Below are positions 16,038 to 24,528 of a stretch of 64,000 nucleotides of DNA, in pieces. A program made the position numbers and the translations under genes. The DNA is from Parcubacteria group bacterium. Its GTDB lineage: Bacteria; Patescibacteriota; Minisyncoccia; JACPHC01. Where the stretch lies: positions 12,704 through 76,703 of the forward strand of contig JACPHC010000004.1 in assembly GCA_016188775.1 (NCBI GenBank), read 5' to 3'. Positions within the stretch are counted from its first letter, which is position 1. Each line of letters opens with the position of its first letter. The notes below the pieces were generated by a model, which had not been told where the DNA came from, did not search any database, and worked only from the letters and a program-made list of their open reading frames with translations.

Positions 16038-18314
16038 ATGTTTCAAAAACTCAATTTGAAAATCATTCTTTGGTCGCTCGTGGTTATTGTTTTTTTGCCG
16101 CTTCTGCTTTCGCCTTTTTTATTTTCCCCGCCGGAATTCGGTCGGGGCGTTATTTTCCGGATTATTATAGAATTGATTTTTATTATCTGGATAACGCTCG
16201 TTCTTTCCGACCAAAAATATCAGCCAAACCCTTCTTTTATTTTTTCTTCTTCTATTTTTAGGTCTTTGGCGATTTATATATCCATTACCGGCTTTTCGGT
16301 CATTTTCGGCATCCATCCTTTTTTCAGTCTTTGGTCCGAACCGGGACGGCTCGGCGGCTATTTCAGCCTCATTCATTATTTCCTTCTTTTTATTATAGCC
16401 GGTTCCGTTATAAAAGAAAAAGATTGGGAAAAAATTTGGACCGGAACGGCCGTGGCCGGAATTTTAGTCGGCCTTTTCGCGATTGAACAACGTTTTGATT
16501 TTTTTAAAAATTTTTTAACCGCCTTTGCCCGGCCGCCCGGACCATTGGGCAATCCCTTGATTTTAAGCGCCTGGTCGCTTCTTTTATTTTTCCTTTTTTT
16601 GGGATTTGTTTTAACTCAAAAATCTCTTTTCAAAAAAACGCTTTTCGCCTCCGCCGCCTCTTTCCAATTTTTTTCCATTTTACTCGCCCAGTCAAGAAGC
16701 GCCTATCTCGGCCTTGTCGCCGGACTCGGAATTTTTCTTTTATTTTACCCCGCCGGGAATAAAAAAATAAAAAAATGGCTGATGGCTTCCAGCCTCGTCA
16801 TAATTGCTATTTTTGCTCTGGGCGTTCTGCTTATTCCGAGCCTTACGAAAAATCCGGAAATCGCCAGAATTTTTACTTTTCTTCCTTCTTCCAAAAATGT
16901 TCAGGCCGCCAGCCTCGTTCCGCGCCTTTTAGTTTGGCAAGCCGGCCTCAAAGGATTTCTGGACAAACCGATTTTGGGCTGGGGGCCGGAAAATTTTTCC
17001 ATCGCTTTTGATAAGCATTTTAACCCCGGACTAGCCAGCTTCGGATACGTGGAAACTTATTTCGACCGAGCCCATAACACTCTTATCGACACGGCGGTTT
17101 CTTCCGGCATTTTAGGCCTGGCCGGTTATTTGGCTTTTTTCGTTATTGTATTTCGACAAATTCATAAAAAATACCGAGCCCAAAACATCAACGGCGAAAA
17201 TAAAATACTGCTAGCCGCTGTTGGCGCGACCTTGGCCGGCTATTTTATCCAAAACATTTTCAATTTCGACAGCGTTTCCACTTATATCTTTTTCTTTTTA
17301 ATTTTAGCTTGGCTGGAATTCCTTCTTAATTCTAAAATTCAAAATCCAACGCCCGAAACAGAAAATTCAGCGGTTAAAACGGCTAATTCCCGAATGCCGC
17401 TTCCGTTGCCATTATCGGCCGGAATTTTGATATTATCGGCCTTACTGGTTTTTTACTCAATTTTTAAATTTAACGTCAATCCTCTGCTGAAAAATTGGGA
17501 AATTAACCGGACGACTAATTTTTTAAAAAAAGGGTCATACCAGCTCGCTCTGGATAATTTTGAAAGACTGACCGGACAAGCTACTATGTTTGACCATTTT
17601 TACCACGCCTTAAACGAAGGCGGCGCGCTTTATGATATGGCCATGGCCATAAAAAATACCAATAAAGAAGAGGCGATAAAATTTCTAAAAAAGGCCGAGA
17701 AAAGAGTCCAAGATTATAATTATCAGCGGCCTTTTTACGTCCGAAATTATATCTTTTTAGGCTCCATAAATAACGCTCTTTACGAATTGGGCGAGACTGG
17801 AGCCGAGGACAGGGCCAAAAAATTTTTAGAGAAAGCCGTTGAAATCTCGCCAAAAAGACACCAGGCTTGGCTGGAATTGGCTAACATCTATTTAATTTCC
17901 AACGAGCAACAAAAAGTTCTTGCCATTGCCGATAAACTTATCAATTTTAATCCGGATATTGGAGAAGCTTATTTTATCAAAGCGCTGAGCTATGTCAGAA
18001 CAGGCAATATAGATGAAGCGGAATCGCAGCTGGAAATCGCCCAATCAAAAAAACTTGATTATTTCGGCTATCCTTACTTGGGAAGACTGGCGGAAACGGC
18101 GCTGACCATGAATAATAACGATTTCCTCGAAAAAATATATTTGGAATATAGCGATCAATATCCAAAAAATATTCAACCTCATCAACTTTTAGCCGCTCTT
18201 TACCGAAACACCAAACAAATCGTCAAAGCCAAAAAAGAAGCTCAAATTATTTTAGAACTTGAGCCGCGAGCTTCTAAACAAGTCGGAGATTTTCTAAATT
18301 CGCTGGAAAAATAA
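16038..18314 (+). CDS. O-antigen ligase-like (Wzy_C) polytopic membrane protein with C-terminal TPR repeats
   Basis: Many TM helices. The motif FDRAHNTLIDTAVSSGILGLAGYLAFF is typical of O-antigen ligase. The C-terminal half has TPR-like repeats. Confidence 0.7.
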   Translation: MFQKLNLKIILWSLVVIVFLPLLLSPFLFSPPEFGRGVIFRIIIELIFIIWITLVLSDQKYQPNPSFIFSSSIFRSLAIYISITGFSVIFGIHPFFSLWSEPGRLGGYFSLIHYFLLFIIAGSVIKEKDWEKIWTGTAVAGILVGLFAIEQRFDFFKNFLTAFARPPGPLGNPLILSAWSLLLFFLFLGFVLTQKSLFKKTLFASAASFQFFSILLAQSRSAYLGLVAGLGIFLLFYPAGNKKIKKWLMASSLVIIAIFALGVLLIPSLTKNPEIARIFTFLPSSKNVQAASLVPRLLVWQAGLKGFLDKPILGWGPENFSIAFDKHFNPGLASFGYVETYFDRAHNTLIDTAVSSGILGLAGYLAFFVIVFRQIHKKYRAQNINGENKILLAAVGATLAGYFIQNIFNFDSVSTYIFFFLILAWLEFLLNSKIQNPTPETENSAVKTANSRMPLPLPLSAGILILSALLVFYSIFKFNVNPLLKNWEINRTTNFLKKGSYQLALDNFERLTGQATMFDHFYHALNEGGALYDMAMAIKNTNKEEAIKFLKKAEKRVQDYNYQRPFYVRNYIFLGSINNALYELGETGAEDRAKKFLEKAVEISPKRHQAWLELANIYLISNEQQKVLAIADKLINFNPDIGEAYFIKALSYVRTGNIDEAESQLEIAQSKKLDYFGYPYLGRLAETALTMNNNDFLEKIYLEYSDQYPKNIQPHQLLAALYRNTKQIVKAKKEAQIILELEPRASKQVGDFLNSLEK

Positions 18315-18348
18315 GTTTTTTGGAAAAATAAAAAAAATATAAAATTTG

Positions 18349-18369
18349 CTAAAAAATTTTAGGATACTT
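18349..18369 (+). promoter_or_regulatory. promoter-like motif CTAAAAAATTTTAGGATACTT
   Basis: Same family as above, but between convergent genes. Its role is unclear. Confidence 0.3.
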
Positions 18370-18381
18370 TTAGATGAACAT

Positions 18382-20394
18382 CTACGGCGAATAATTGATA
18401 GTAACGTCATATAATTCCGGAGTTTTTGAACTATCGGTCGTGGAAAAGAAAAACTTGTATCTTAAATAACGATTGTTGTTATGGCAAGCCCGATTAATTT
18501 TAGCATACGAAGCCGACGCGCTGATAGTATAATAAGTTCCGGCGGAGCAATCCGGCCCTTTGTAATTCCAAGTGGCGTTATCGTTATTAGTGGCGATTTG
18601 AGCCTTTAGGTCCGTGCTGGCCACTTGCGAAGACGGATTCCAAGCCAAAGTGTTAAAAGCTGAAGAAGCGACGGTATCAAGCGAAGTGGAAGTAAAATCG
18701 CCCGAGGCAACAAATCCGCCGCTTGAGCTGGCAAAAAGAATATCGTCAAAAAACAAAGTCGGCCGGGCCGTGGTCGCGTTTTCAATCATTGAAATGGACG
18801 TAATTGTAGCGCTGGCAATATTCATATCCGCCAAAGGAATGGAAACCAATTGCCAACTGGTCGGATCTTTATCCGGGCCGCCGGTCAAATATGAAGACAT
18901 ATTTACTTCGGTCGGACTTCCGCCCACTGGCTTTACTTTAAAATCCTGACCGTAATAATTGGGCGTGAAATAACTGGGCGGAGTGGGATTATCCAAAGCG
19001 GTCGCGTAATTATAATTGACATTGGCGTTTCGAAAATTCGTGTCAAAGGTTTTAACAATAACCGAACCATTGACGGTCAAAACTTGCGGACTAGAAATGG
19101 AAGAATCATTAATTCCTCCGGTTTCTGAAAAAATAAATCCGCTAATCGTAAAATTATTGTTGGCGCTAAATTGAATCGCGCCGGCGCCAAGCAAAGCCGG
19201 ATAAATGTTTTTATTTTTGCTGTTTAAAGTAGTGCTGTTGTAATTTTGCAATCTAACGTCCGTGGTATTGGTGACGATTGAGGCCGTATAGCTTCGGCCG
19301 GAAAAACTGCCGAAATCTATCGTTAATCTTCTAGCGGTATCGCTGAATTCCACGTAAACCAATTTATTGGCGTAACCGGCCAGGTCAGATTCGCTGATCG
19401 TGTAATTGGACGAGCCGGCATTGACGTAAATTCCACTGGATTGAGCTTCGGATTTAAACGAGGCGTAATTGGGCGTGGGAAAAATAGTGGTATAAGAATT
19501 ATAAGTATAAGAAGCGTAGCCGGAAAAACTATTGGTTAAAGTAATACCTGAACCGGTCGGGGCGCCGCCGGTGTTGGAATAAAAAGCAAAAGTCCAAGGC
19601 GCGACTGAATCAATATAAAAATCAAAAGAATTGAAACCCGCGGTGTTAAAACTTTTGGAAAATTTTATTTCCCCGGAGGCGGCAAATTTTGTCAGCAAAG
19701 ATTTGGCGCCGGTTCGGATCGGCTTATTGGTATTATTAAGATCAGTCGTGTTGCCGCCGATGTTGGAAAAAGTCCAACCGGTTCCCAAAGCGTCGGTATA
19801 GATATTTTCCGGACTGCCTCCGCCCGAAGTCGCCAGTCTTACTTCCCCGCCGGAATTATTGGTCGTCACAACGTTATTTTTTGTTCCGGCGTCAAATTCG
19901 GCTTGAGTGGTATGAATAAATTTATTGTTGTTCAAATATCGGGTTGAATAAATCGTATAACTGACTGATCTTGAAATAGGTTGGGACCAAGAAACCGTCA
20001 CGACCATTTTTTTGCTTGAAGGATCAGAGACGCCGCAAGCGACCAAAGCATCGGACGAATCCCGACAAACATCGGAAATAACTATTTTCCGGGTAAAATT
20101 TCCCACAGTTTCGCCAACCGGATCAGCGGTCAGAATCCATTTGCCGTTTGAATTAGCCGAAATTTTATAAGCGCCATTGGCTAAATTCTGCCAAGAATCT
20201 TCCCGAATCGACCGAGCCGCTTCCAAGTATTCCTGGGCCAAAAAATTGGCCTCGGCAATGGCTTCGCTTTGAATGAAACTGGAATAAGTCGAGACCACAA
20301 AATCCGTCAAGGCCGGCAAAAAAATCGCCAGCAGTCCCATAACGACGACAATTTCAATCATCGCTTGACCTTTTTTATTGTTTATTAATATCAT
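18382..20394 (-). CDS. large (670 aa) prepilin-type protein, candidate pilus tip/minor pilin or adhesin
   Basis: N-terminus MILINNKKG|QAMIEIVVVMGLLAIFLPAL has the prepilin pattern. The large Ser/Thr/Asn-rich C-terminal domain is likely beta-rich. Confidence 0.6.
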   Translation of the reverse strand: MILINNKKGQAMIEIVVVMGLLAIFLPALTDFVVSTYSSFIQSEAIAEANFLAQEYLEAARSIREDSWQNLANGAYKISANSNGKWILTADPVGETVGNFTRKIVISDVCRDSSDALVACGVSDPSSKKMVVTVSWSQPISRSVSYTIYSTRYLNNNKFIHTTQAEFDAGTKNNVVTTNNSGGEVRLATSGGGSPENIYTDALGTGWTFSNIGGNTTDLNNTNKPIRTGAKSLLTKFAASGEIKFSKSFNTAGFNSFDFYIDSVAPWTFAFYSNTGGAPTGSGITLTNSFSGYASYTYNSYTTIFPTPNYASFKSEAQSSGIYVNAGSSNYTISESDLAGYANKLVYVEFSDTARRLTIDFGSFSGRSYTASIVTNTTDVRLQNYNSTTLNSKNKNIYPALLGAGAIQFSANNNFTISGFIFSETGGINDSSISSPQVLTVNGSVIVKTFDTNFRNANVNYNYATALDNPTPPSYFTPNYYGQDFKVKPVGGSPTEVNMSSYLTGGPDKDPTSWQLVSIPLADMNIASATITSISMIENATTARPTLFFDDILFASSSGGFVASGDFTSTSLDTVASSAFNTLAWNPSSQVASTDLKAQIATNNDNATWNYKGPDCSAGTYYTISASASYAKINRACHNNNRYLRYKFFFSTTDSSKTPELYDVTINYSP

Positions 20395-20417
20395 ATTTTC
20401 CTAATTTAAAAGGTGTT

Positions 20418-20438
20418 CTAAAAATTTTTAGGATACTT
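20418..20438 (-). promoter_or_regulatory. promoter-like motif CTAAAAATTTTTAGGATACTT, ~25 bp upstream of the 18382-20394 gene
   Basis: Exact match to the motif family. Confidence 0.35.
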
Positions 20439-20440
20439 TT

Positions 20441-20490
20441 TTTATTTATTTCCAATATACTGGTATACCAGTATATTGGAAATAAATAAA
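20441..20490. repeat. perfect 50-bp palindrome (TTTATTTATTTCCAATATACTGGTA | TACCAGTATATTGGAAATAAATAAA) directly after the pilin gene stop
   Basis: Perfect reverse-complement symmetry read directly. Candidate long hairpin terminator or attenuator. Confidence 0.7.
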
Positions 20491-20491
20491 A

Positions 20492-20959
20492 TTATTGAAC
20501 TTCAATAACCCCGGATTTATAAATTGTCATTGTTTTGGAAAGTCCGGTTTGAGTGTTTTGGATAATCAAAGTATTTTGGCCCGAAGAGAAAGATTCGACT
20601 TCTCCGATTAATTTAGTGAAAATAATTTGCGACGATGGAAAGGTTACGCTGGAAAACGTATAACCCGAAGAAAGAGTGGAAACAAAATTAGTTCCCGCGC
20701 CGGCCGAATACGGCGCCTGAAATAGAGTGAAAGAAGTCGAGTCAAAAAAAACGCCGAATTTGGCGGCTGTGGAACCGGATTCGGCAAAGCCGGTCATTGA
20801 TTTGACCCGGGCTTCAAAAAACGTGTTTTTAATTTGAGCGACCGCGGCCGAAAGTTCCGTGTCAATAATGGGTTTGACCGCGTTTAAACTTATCAAGGCG
20901 GCCAAAATCGCGAAAATCGCGACGCTGATGGAAATTTCAATGAGAGTAAAGCCCCGCAT
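20492..20959 (-). CDS. type IV pilin-like protein
   Basis: MRG|FTLIEISISVAIFAILAALISL. Confidence 0.7.
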   Translation of the reverse strand: MRGFTLIEISISVAIFAILAALISLNAVKPIIDTELSAAVAQIKNTFFEARVKSMTGFAESGSTAAKFGVFFDSTSFTLFQAPYSAGAGTNFVSTLSSGYTFSSVTFPSSQIIFTKLIGEVESFSSGQNTLIIQNTQTGLSKTMTIYKSGVIEVQ

Positions 20960-20960
20960 T

Positions 20961-22019
20961 TTATCTGGCTCCGATTCGGCCGATTAATTGATAAATCGGA
21001 GCGATAATCGTAATCACTATCAAAGCCACTAAAGTTCCGACGACAACAATCAAAAGAGGCTCAATCAAAGTTGATAAAGTCTTCAAAATGTTGGCGGCTT
21101 TTCTTTCATAAAAAACGGCTAAATCAATCAGCACTTGATCCAGATTGCCGGATTTCCAGCCCACGGCCACGGCTGAACGGTACATTTGAGGAAAAAGATC
21201 GGGCCAAGCGCCTAAAGCCATGTCCAAAGAAACGCCCTTGGAAACATCGTCTTTAATAACCGGCATAGCGGACCGATAAACCGGGTCTTCAAAAACATTG
21301 GCGGCCAGCTCCAGCGACTCCAGTATCGGAATGCCGGAGGCAAAAAGCAAACTCAAGGTTCGGGCGTATTTGGCCAGATTAACGGCTTGAACCAATTTGT
21401 TGATTCCGGGCAGGCGTTTAAAAAAAGAAAATATAACGAGACGAACCGGTTTTAAAACCCGCCAGACAAAAACAAAAACGAGAACAATAAAAATTAAAAA
21501 TAAAATGGAACTTAAAATATTCCGGCTCAAAATCGCCGAGATGGAAAATAAAATCTGGGTGTAGACAGGAACTTTTAATTGAAGTTTGGCGAAAACGGAC
21601 GCCACCCGAGGAATGACAAAAAGAAAAATGAAAAATAAAATAACGATGGCCAGTCCCAAAACTAAAAGAGGGTAAAAGGCCGCGGCTTGAAGATTTTTTT
21701 TGATATTGTAGGAATTTTCCAGCTCTTCTGCCAAAAAACTGATGTTGCGATCCAAGGTGCCGCTTTGCTCGCCGGCTCGAATCGCGGCCGTGAAAACTTT
21801 GTCAAAATACCGAGGGTGATCTTCAAAACTTTCAGTCAAGCTTTTGCCGCTGGAAATGGAAACGAGCATCGCCTGAAAAACTTTTTTAGCTTCCCGGCTT
21901 TCCGCTTCCACTGATAAAATTTCAAAAATCTCGATTAAATTAAGTCCGGATTTCAAAAGCAGATGAAAATTCTTTAAAAAATTTATCCGCTCAAGTAGTG
22001 AAAATTTTTTAGTAAACAT
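20961..22019 (-). CDS. pilC: second GspF/PilC-family platform protein
   Basis: 352 aa with a TM pattern and GspF-like repeats (LSTLIEPLLIVVVGTLVALIVITIIAPIYQL). Confidence 0.85.
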   Translation of the reverse strand: MFTKKFSLLERINFLKNFHLLLKSGLNLIEIFEILSVEAESREAKKVFQAMLVSISSGKSLTESFEDHPRYFDKVFTAAIRAGEQSGTLDRNISFLAEELENSYNIKKNLQAAAFYPLLVLGLAIVILFFIFLFVIPRVASVFAKLQLKVPVYTQILFSISAILSRNILSSILFLIFIVLVFVFVWRVLKPVRLVIFSFFKRLPGINKLVQAVNLAKYARTLSLLFASGIPILESLELAANVFEDPVYRSAMPVIKDDVSKGVSLDMALGAWPDLFPQMYRSAVAVGWKSGNLDQVLIDLAVFYERKAANILKTLSTLIEPLLIVVVGTLVALIVITIIAPIYQLIGRIGAR

Positions 22020-22057
22020 TTTTCTCTATAATAAAACAAAATAGAAATTTCAGCAGT

Positions 22058-22142
22058 TGTCATTGCGAGCGACCGAAGGGAGCGCGGCAATCTCAAGCAT
22101 TTAACAAATGATTGCTTCGTCGCTTACGCTCTTCGCAATGAC
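22058..22142. repeat. MITE-like foldback repeat, copy 3 (degenerate), followed by extra direct repeats to ~22230
   Basis: TGTCATTGCGAGCGACCGAAGGGAGCGCGGCAATCTC...GATTGCTTCG...CTTCGCAATGAC. Then ACGGACGCGAATGTT appears twice and CGAAGTTCAACTTCG is palindromic. Confidence 0.7.
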
Positions 22143-22245
22143 GGACGCGAATGTTCAATTTTACGAAGTTCAACTTCGCAAGGTTTCGCTTCGTAAGGTT
22201 TCACGGACGCGAATGTTGAAATTTTTATTTCATTATCTTTTAAAT

Positions 22246-23910
22246 TTATAAAACTCTTAAAACTTCTTCAATCGTTGTCAGGCCCGCGTCCACTTTTTCA
22301 AGGCCGTCCTCAAAAAGCGTCGTCATTCCTTCTTTTTTCGCTTGCGTCAAAATTTTTTGATCCGCCTCTCCTCTGAAAATCATTTGCCGGATAGCGTCGC
22401 TGAATTTCAAAACTTCAAAAATACCGATGCGGCCCTGAAAACCCGAACCGCCGCATTGAGGGCAACCCGTGCCGTGAAAAAACTGCCGGCCTCCAAGACT
22501 GACGCCGAATTCTTTTTCCGCCGCCTCTAAAACCAAAGGCGACGGCTGGTAAGAGCCGATGCAAACCAAACACGGCCTCCGAACCAAACGTTGGGCAATG
22601 GCCGCGTTCAAAGTTGAACTCAAAAGAAAGGGCCGAATTTTCAAATCCAGCAGTCTTGTTAAAGACCCAATAGCGTCTTGAGTGTGCAAAGTGGATAGAA
22701 CCAACTGGCCGGTCAGGGCGGCGTGAATGACAATTTCAGCCGTTTCTTCATCCCTGATTTCTCCGACCATAACTATATTGGGGTCGTGGCGCAAAATCGA
22801 GCGCAGACCAACGGCAAAATCAATGCCGGTTTTAGGATTAACCTGAATCTGATTGAGACGGGGAATGGTGTATTCAATCGGGTCCTCAATAGTCTCAATG
22901 CTGACTCGGGGATTATTCAAAACATTAATCATATTATAAAGAGTCGTTGTCTTGCCGGAGCCGGTTGGGCCGACCACTAAAATCAAACCGAATGATTTTT
23001 TGAGTTCTTCTTGAACAATCTCCAGTTGTCGGCCGGAAAGTCCGGTTTCTTCCAAATTCTTCGGCCGGCCTAATTCCGAAAGCACTCTCGTTTCAATGCT
23101 CTCCCCTTCTTCGGTCGGCAAAATGGAAACCCTGACGGAAACTTTTTCTTTTTGAAAAGAAAAAGTGAAACGGCCGTCTTGAGGCTGATAATGTTCGTCT
23201 ATTTTCAAATTGGCCAAAATTTTAATTCGGGCCAACAAAGGGTCGTAAATTTTGGGCGGCAGTTTCAAAACGTCAAAAAGCGCGCCTTCAATTCTTAACC
23301 GGACGATAATCTCTCCCAAAAATTTATCAATATGGATATCGGAGGCGCCTTTGGCGGCGGCGTAGGTTAAAATCAAATCCAGGATTTTCACCACCGGCGC
23401 TTCTTTGGCCCCTTGTTCCCCGGTTGCCTTGACCGCGGCGATTGATTTTTCAATCAGGGACGGAAGCTGTTTTTCAAAATTTTGAAAATAAAGCCCGAGA
23501 GCGTAATTAAAAGAACCTCGGGTCATAAAATAAGAAGTAACTTCGCTTCTGGTTTTTTTTCTGACCAATTCAATCGCTTCCAAATCTTTCGGATTTTCCA
23601 TTGCCAGAAAAACTTTTTTATCTTCTTTTTTAAAAACAATAATATGATATTCTTCGGCGATTTCTTGCGGGACTAAATTTAGGATTTCCAGGGGTATTTG
23701 AGTTCTTTTTAAATCAATATAAGGAACTTTAAAATACCAGCCGGCCACTTCGCCGAAATATTTTTCCGCGATTATTCCTTTTTCAATTAAAACATCCAAA
23801 AGATTTTTTCCCAGCGTGCCCGCGGTTTCTTCGGCCAAACGCATTTCTTCTTCCGGAACGATTCCTTGGCCGATAAGAATTTGTTTTATGTCATCATTTG
23901 AAAGAATCAT
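22246..23910 (-). CDS. pilB: second GspE/PilB-family pilus assembly ATPase
   Basis: Walker A GPTGSGKTT, MVGEIRD box, tetra-Cys CLVC...CPQC. Confidence 0.92.
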   Translation of the reverse strand: MILSNDDIKQILIGQGIVPEEEMRLAEETAGTLGKNLLDVLIEKGIIAEKYFGEVAGWYFKVPYIDLKRTQIPLEILNLVPQEIAEEYHIIVFKKEDKKVFLAMENPKDLEAIELVRKKTRSEVTSYFMTRGSFNYALGLYFQNFEKQLPSLIEKSIAAVKATGEQGAKEAPVVKILDLILTYAAAKGASDIHIDKFLGEIIVRLRIEGALFDVLKLPPKIYDPLLARIKILANLKIDEHYQPQDGRFTFSFQKEKVSVRVSILPTEEGESIETRVLSELGRPKNLEETGLSGRQLEIVQEELKKSFGLILVVGPTGSGKTTTLYNMINVLNNPRVSIETIEDPIEYTIPRLNQIQVNPKTGIDFAVGLRSILRHDPNIVMVGEIRDEETAEIVIHAALTGQLVLSTLHTQDAIGSLTRLLDLKIRPFLLSSTLNAAIAQRLVRRPCLVCIGSYQPSPLVLEAAEKEFGVSLGGRQFFHGTGCPQCGGSGFQGRIGIFEVLKFSDAIRQMIFRGEADQKILTQAKKEGMTTLFEDGLEKVDAGLTTIEEVLRVL

Positions 23911-23949
23911 TTGACGCTAAAATTAGATTTTTGGTATACTTATTTAAGT

Positions 23950-23977
23950 AAGTATCTTAAAAATTTTTAGAATACTT
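23950..23977. promoter_or_regulatory. bidirectional promoter-like palindrome AAGTATCTTAAAAATTTTTAGAATACTT between divergent pilB and pilin genes
   Basis: Motif family member in both orientations. A variant CTAAAATTAGATTTTTGGTATACTT lies at 23915-23940. Confidence 0.4.
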
Positions 23978-24022
23978 ACTTGTCGTTAATTTATAATAAA
24001 AAGCGAAGCTTTTGATTAAATT

Positions 24023-24463
24023 ATGAAAAATAAAGGTTTTACCTTGATCGAAGTTTTGGTCGTTGTCGGCATGCTCGCCATTTTAATGGCGATTGTGATC
24101 ATTGCCATTAACCCGCCCAGGCAATTTTCTTTGGCCAACAATACCAAGCGCCGTTCCGATATTCTGGCTATCCTAAACGCGGTCCATCAATACGCGGCTG
24201 ACAATAAAGGAACTTTGCCGTCAGTCATTACCACCACTTCCACGGATATGGGAACCGGCTCCGGCGAAATCAATATCTGCACGTATTTAGTTCCCAATTA
24301 TTTGGCCGAGATGCCCTTTGACCCAAAAGCCTCCGGCGCTAATTATTCCAGTTGCACCAGCTACGAAACGAAATATCAAATCAAAAAAGATTCCACCACC
24401 AGCCGAATAACCGTTGCCGCTTCCTCGGCCGAACTGAGCGAAACGATTTCAATCACCAGATAA
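24023..24463 (+). CDS. type IV major pilin-like protein (PilA-like)
   Basis: MKNKG|FTLIEVLVVVGMLAILMAIVIIAI is a canonical prepilin N-terminus. 146 aa. Confidence 0.8.
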   Translation: MKNKGFTLIEVLVVVGMLAILMAIVIIAINPPRQFSLANNTKRRSDILAILNAVHQYAADNKGTLPSVITTTSTDMGTGSGEINICTYLVPNYLAEMPFDPKASGANYSSCTSYETKYQIKKDSTTSRITVAASSAELSETISITR

Positions 24464-24528
24464 ATTTAAGCTCCGCTTTTTTAATTATAAATCTTAAAAG
24501 AAATTCAAGCAATAGGTCTAATTAATAA

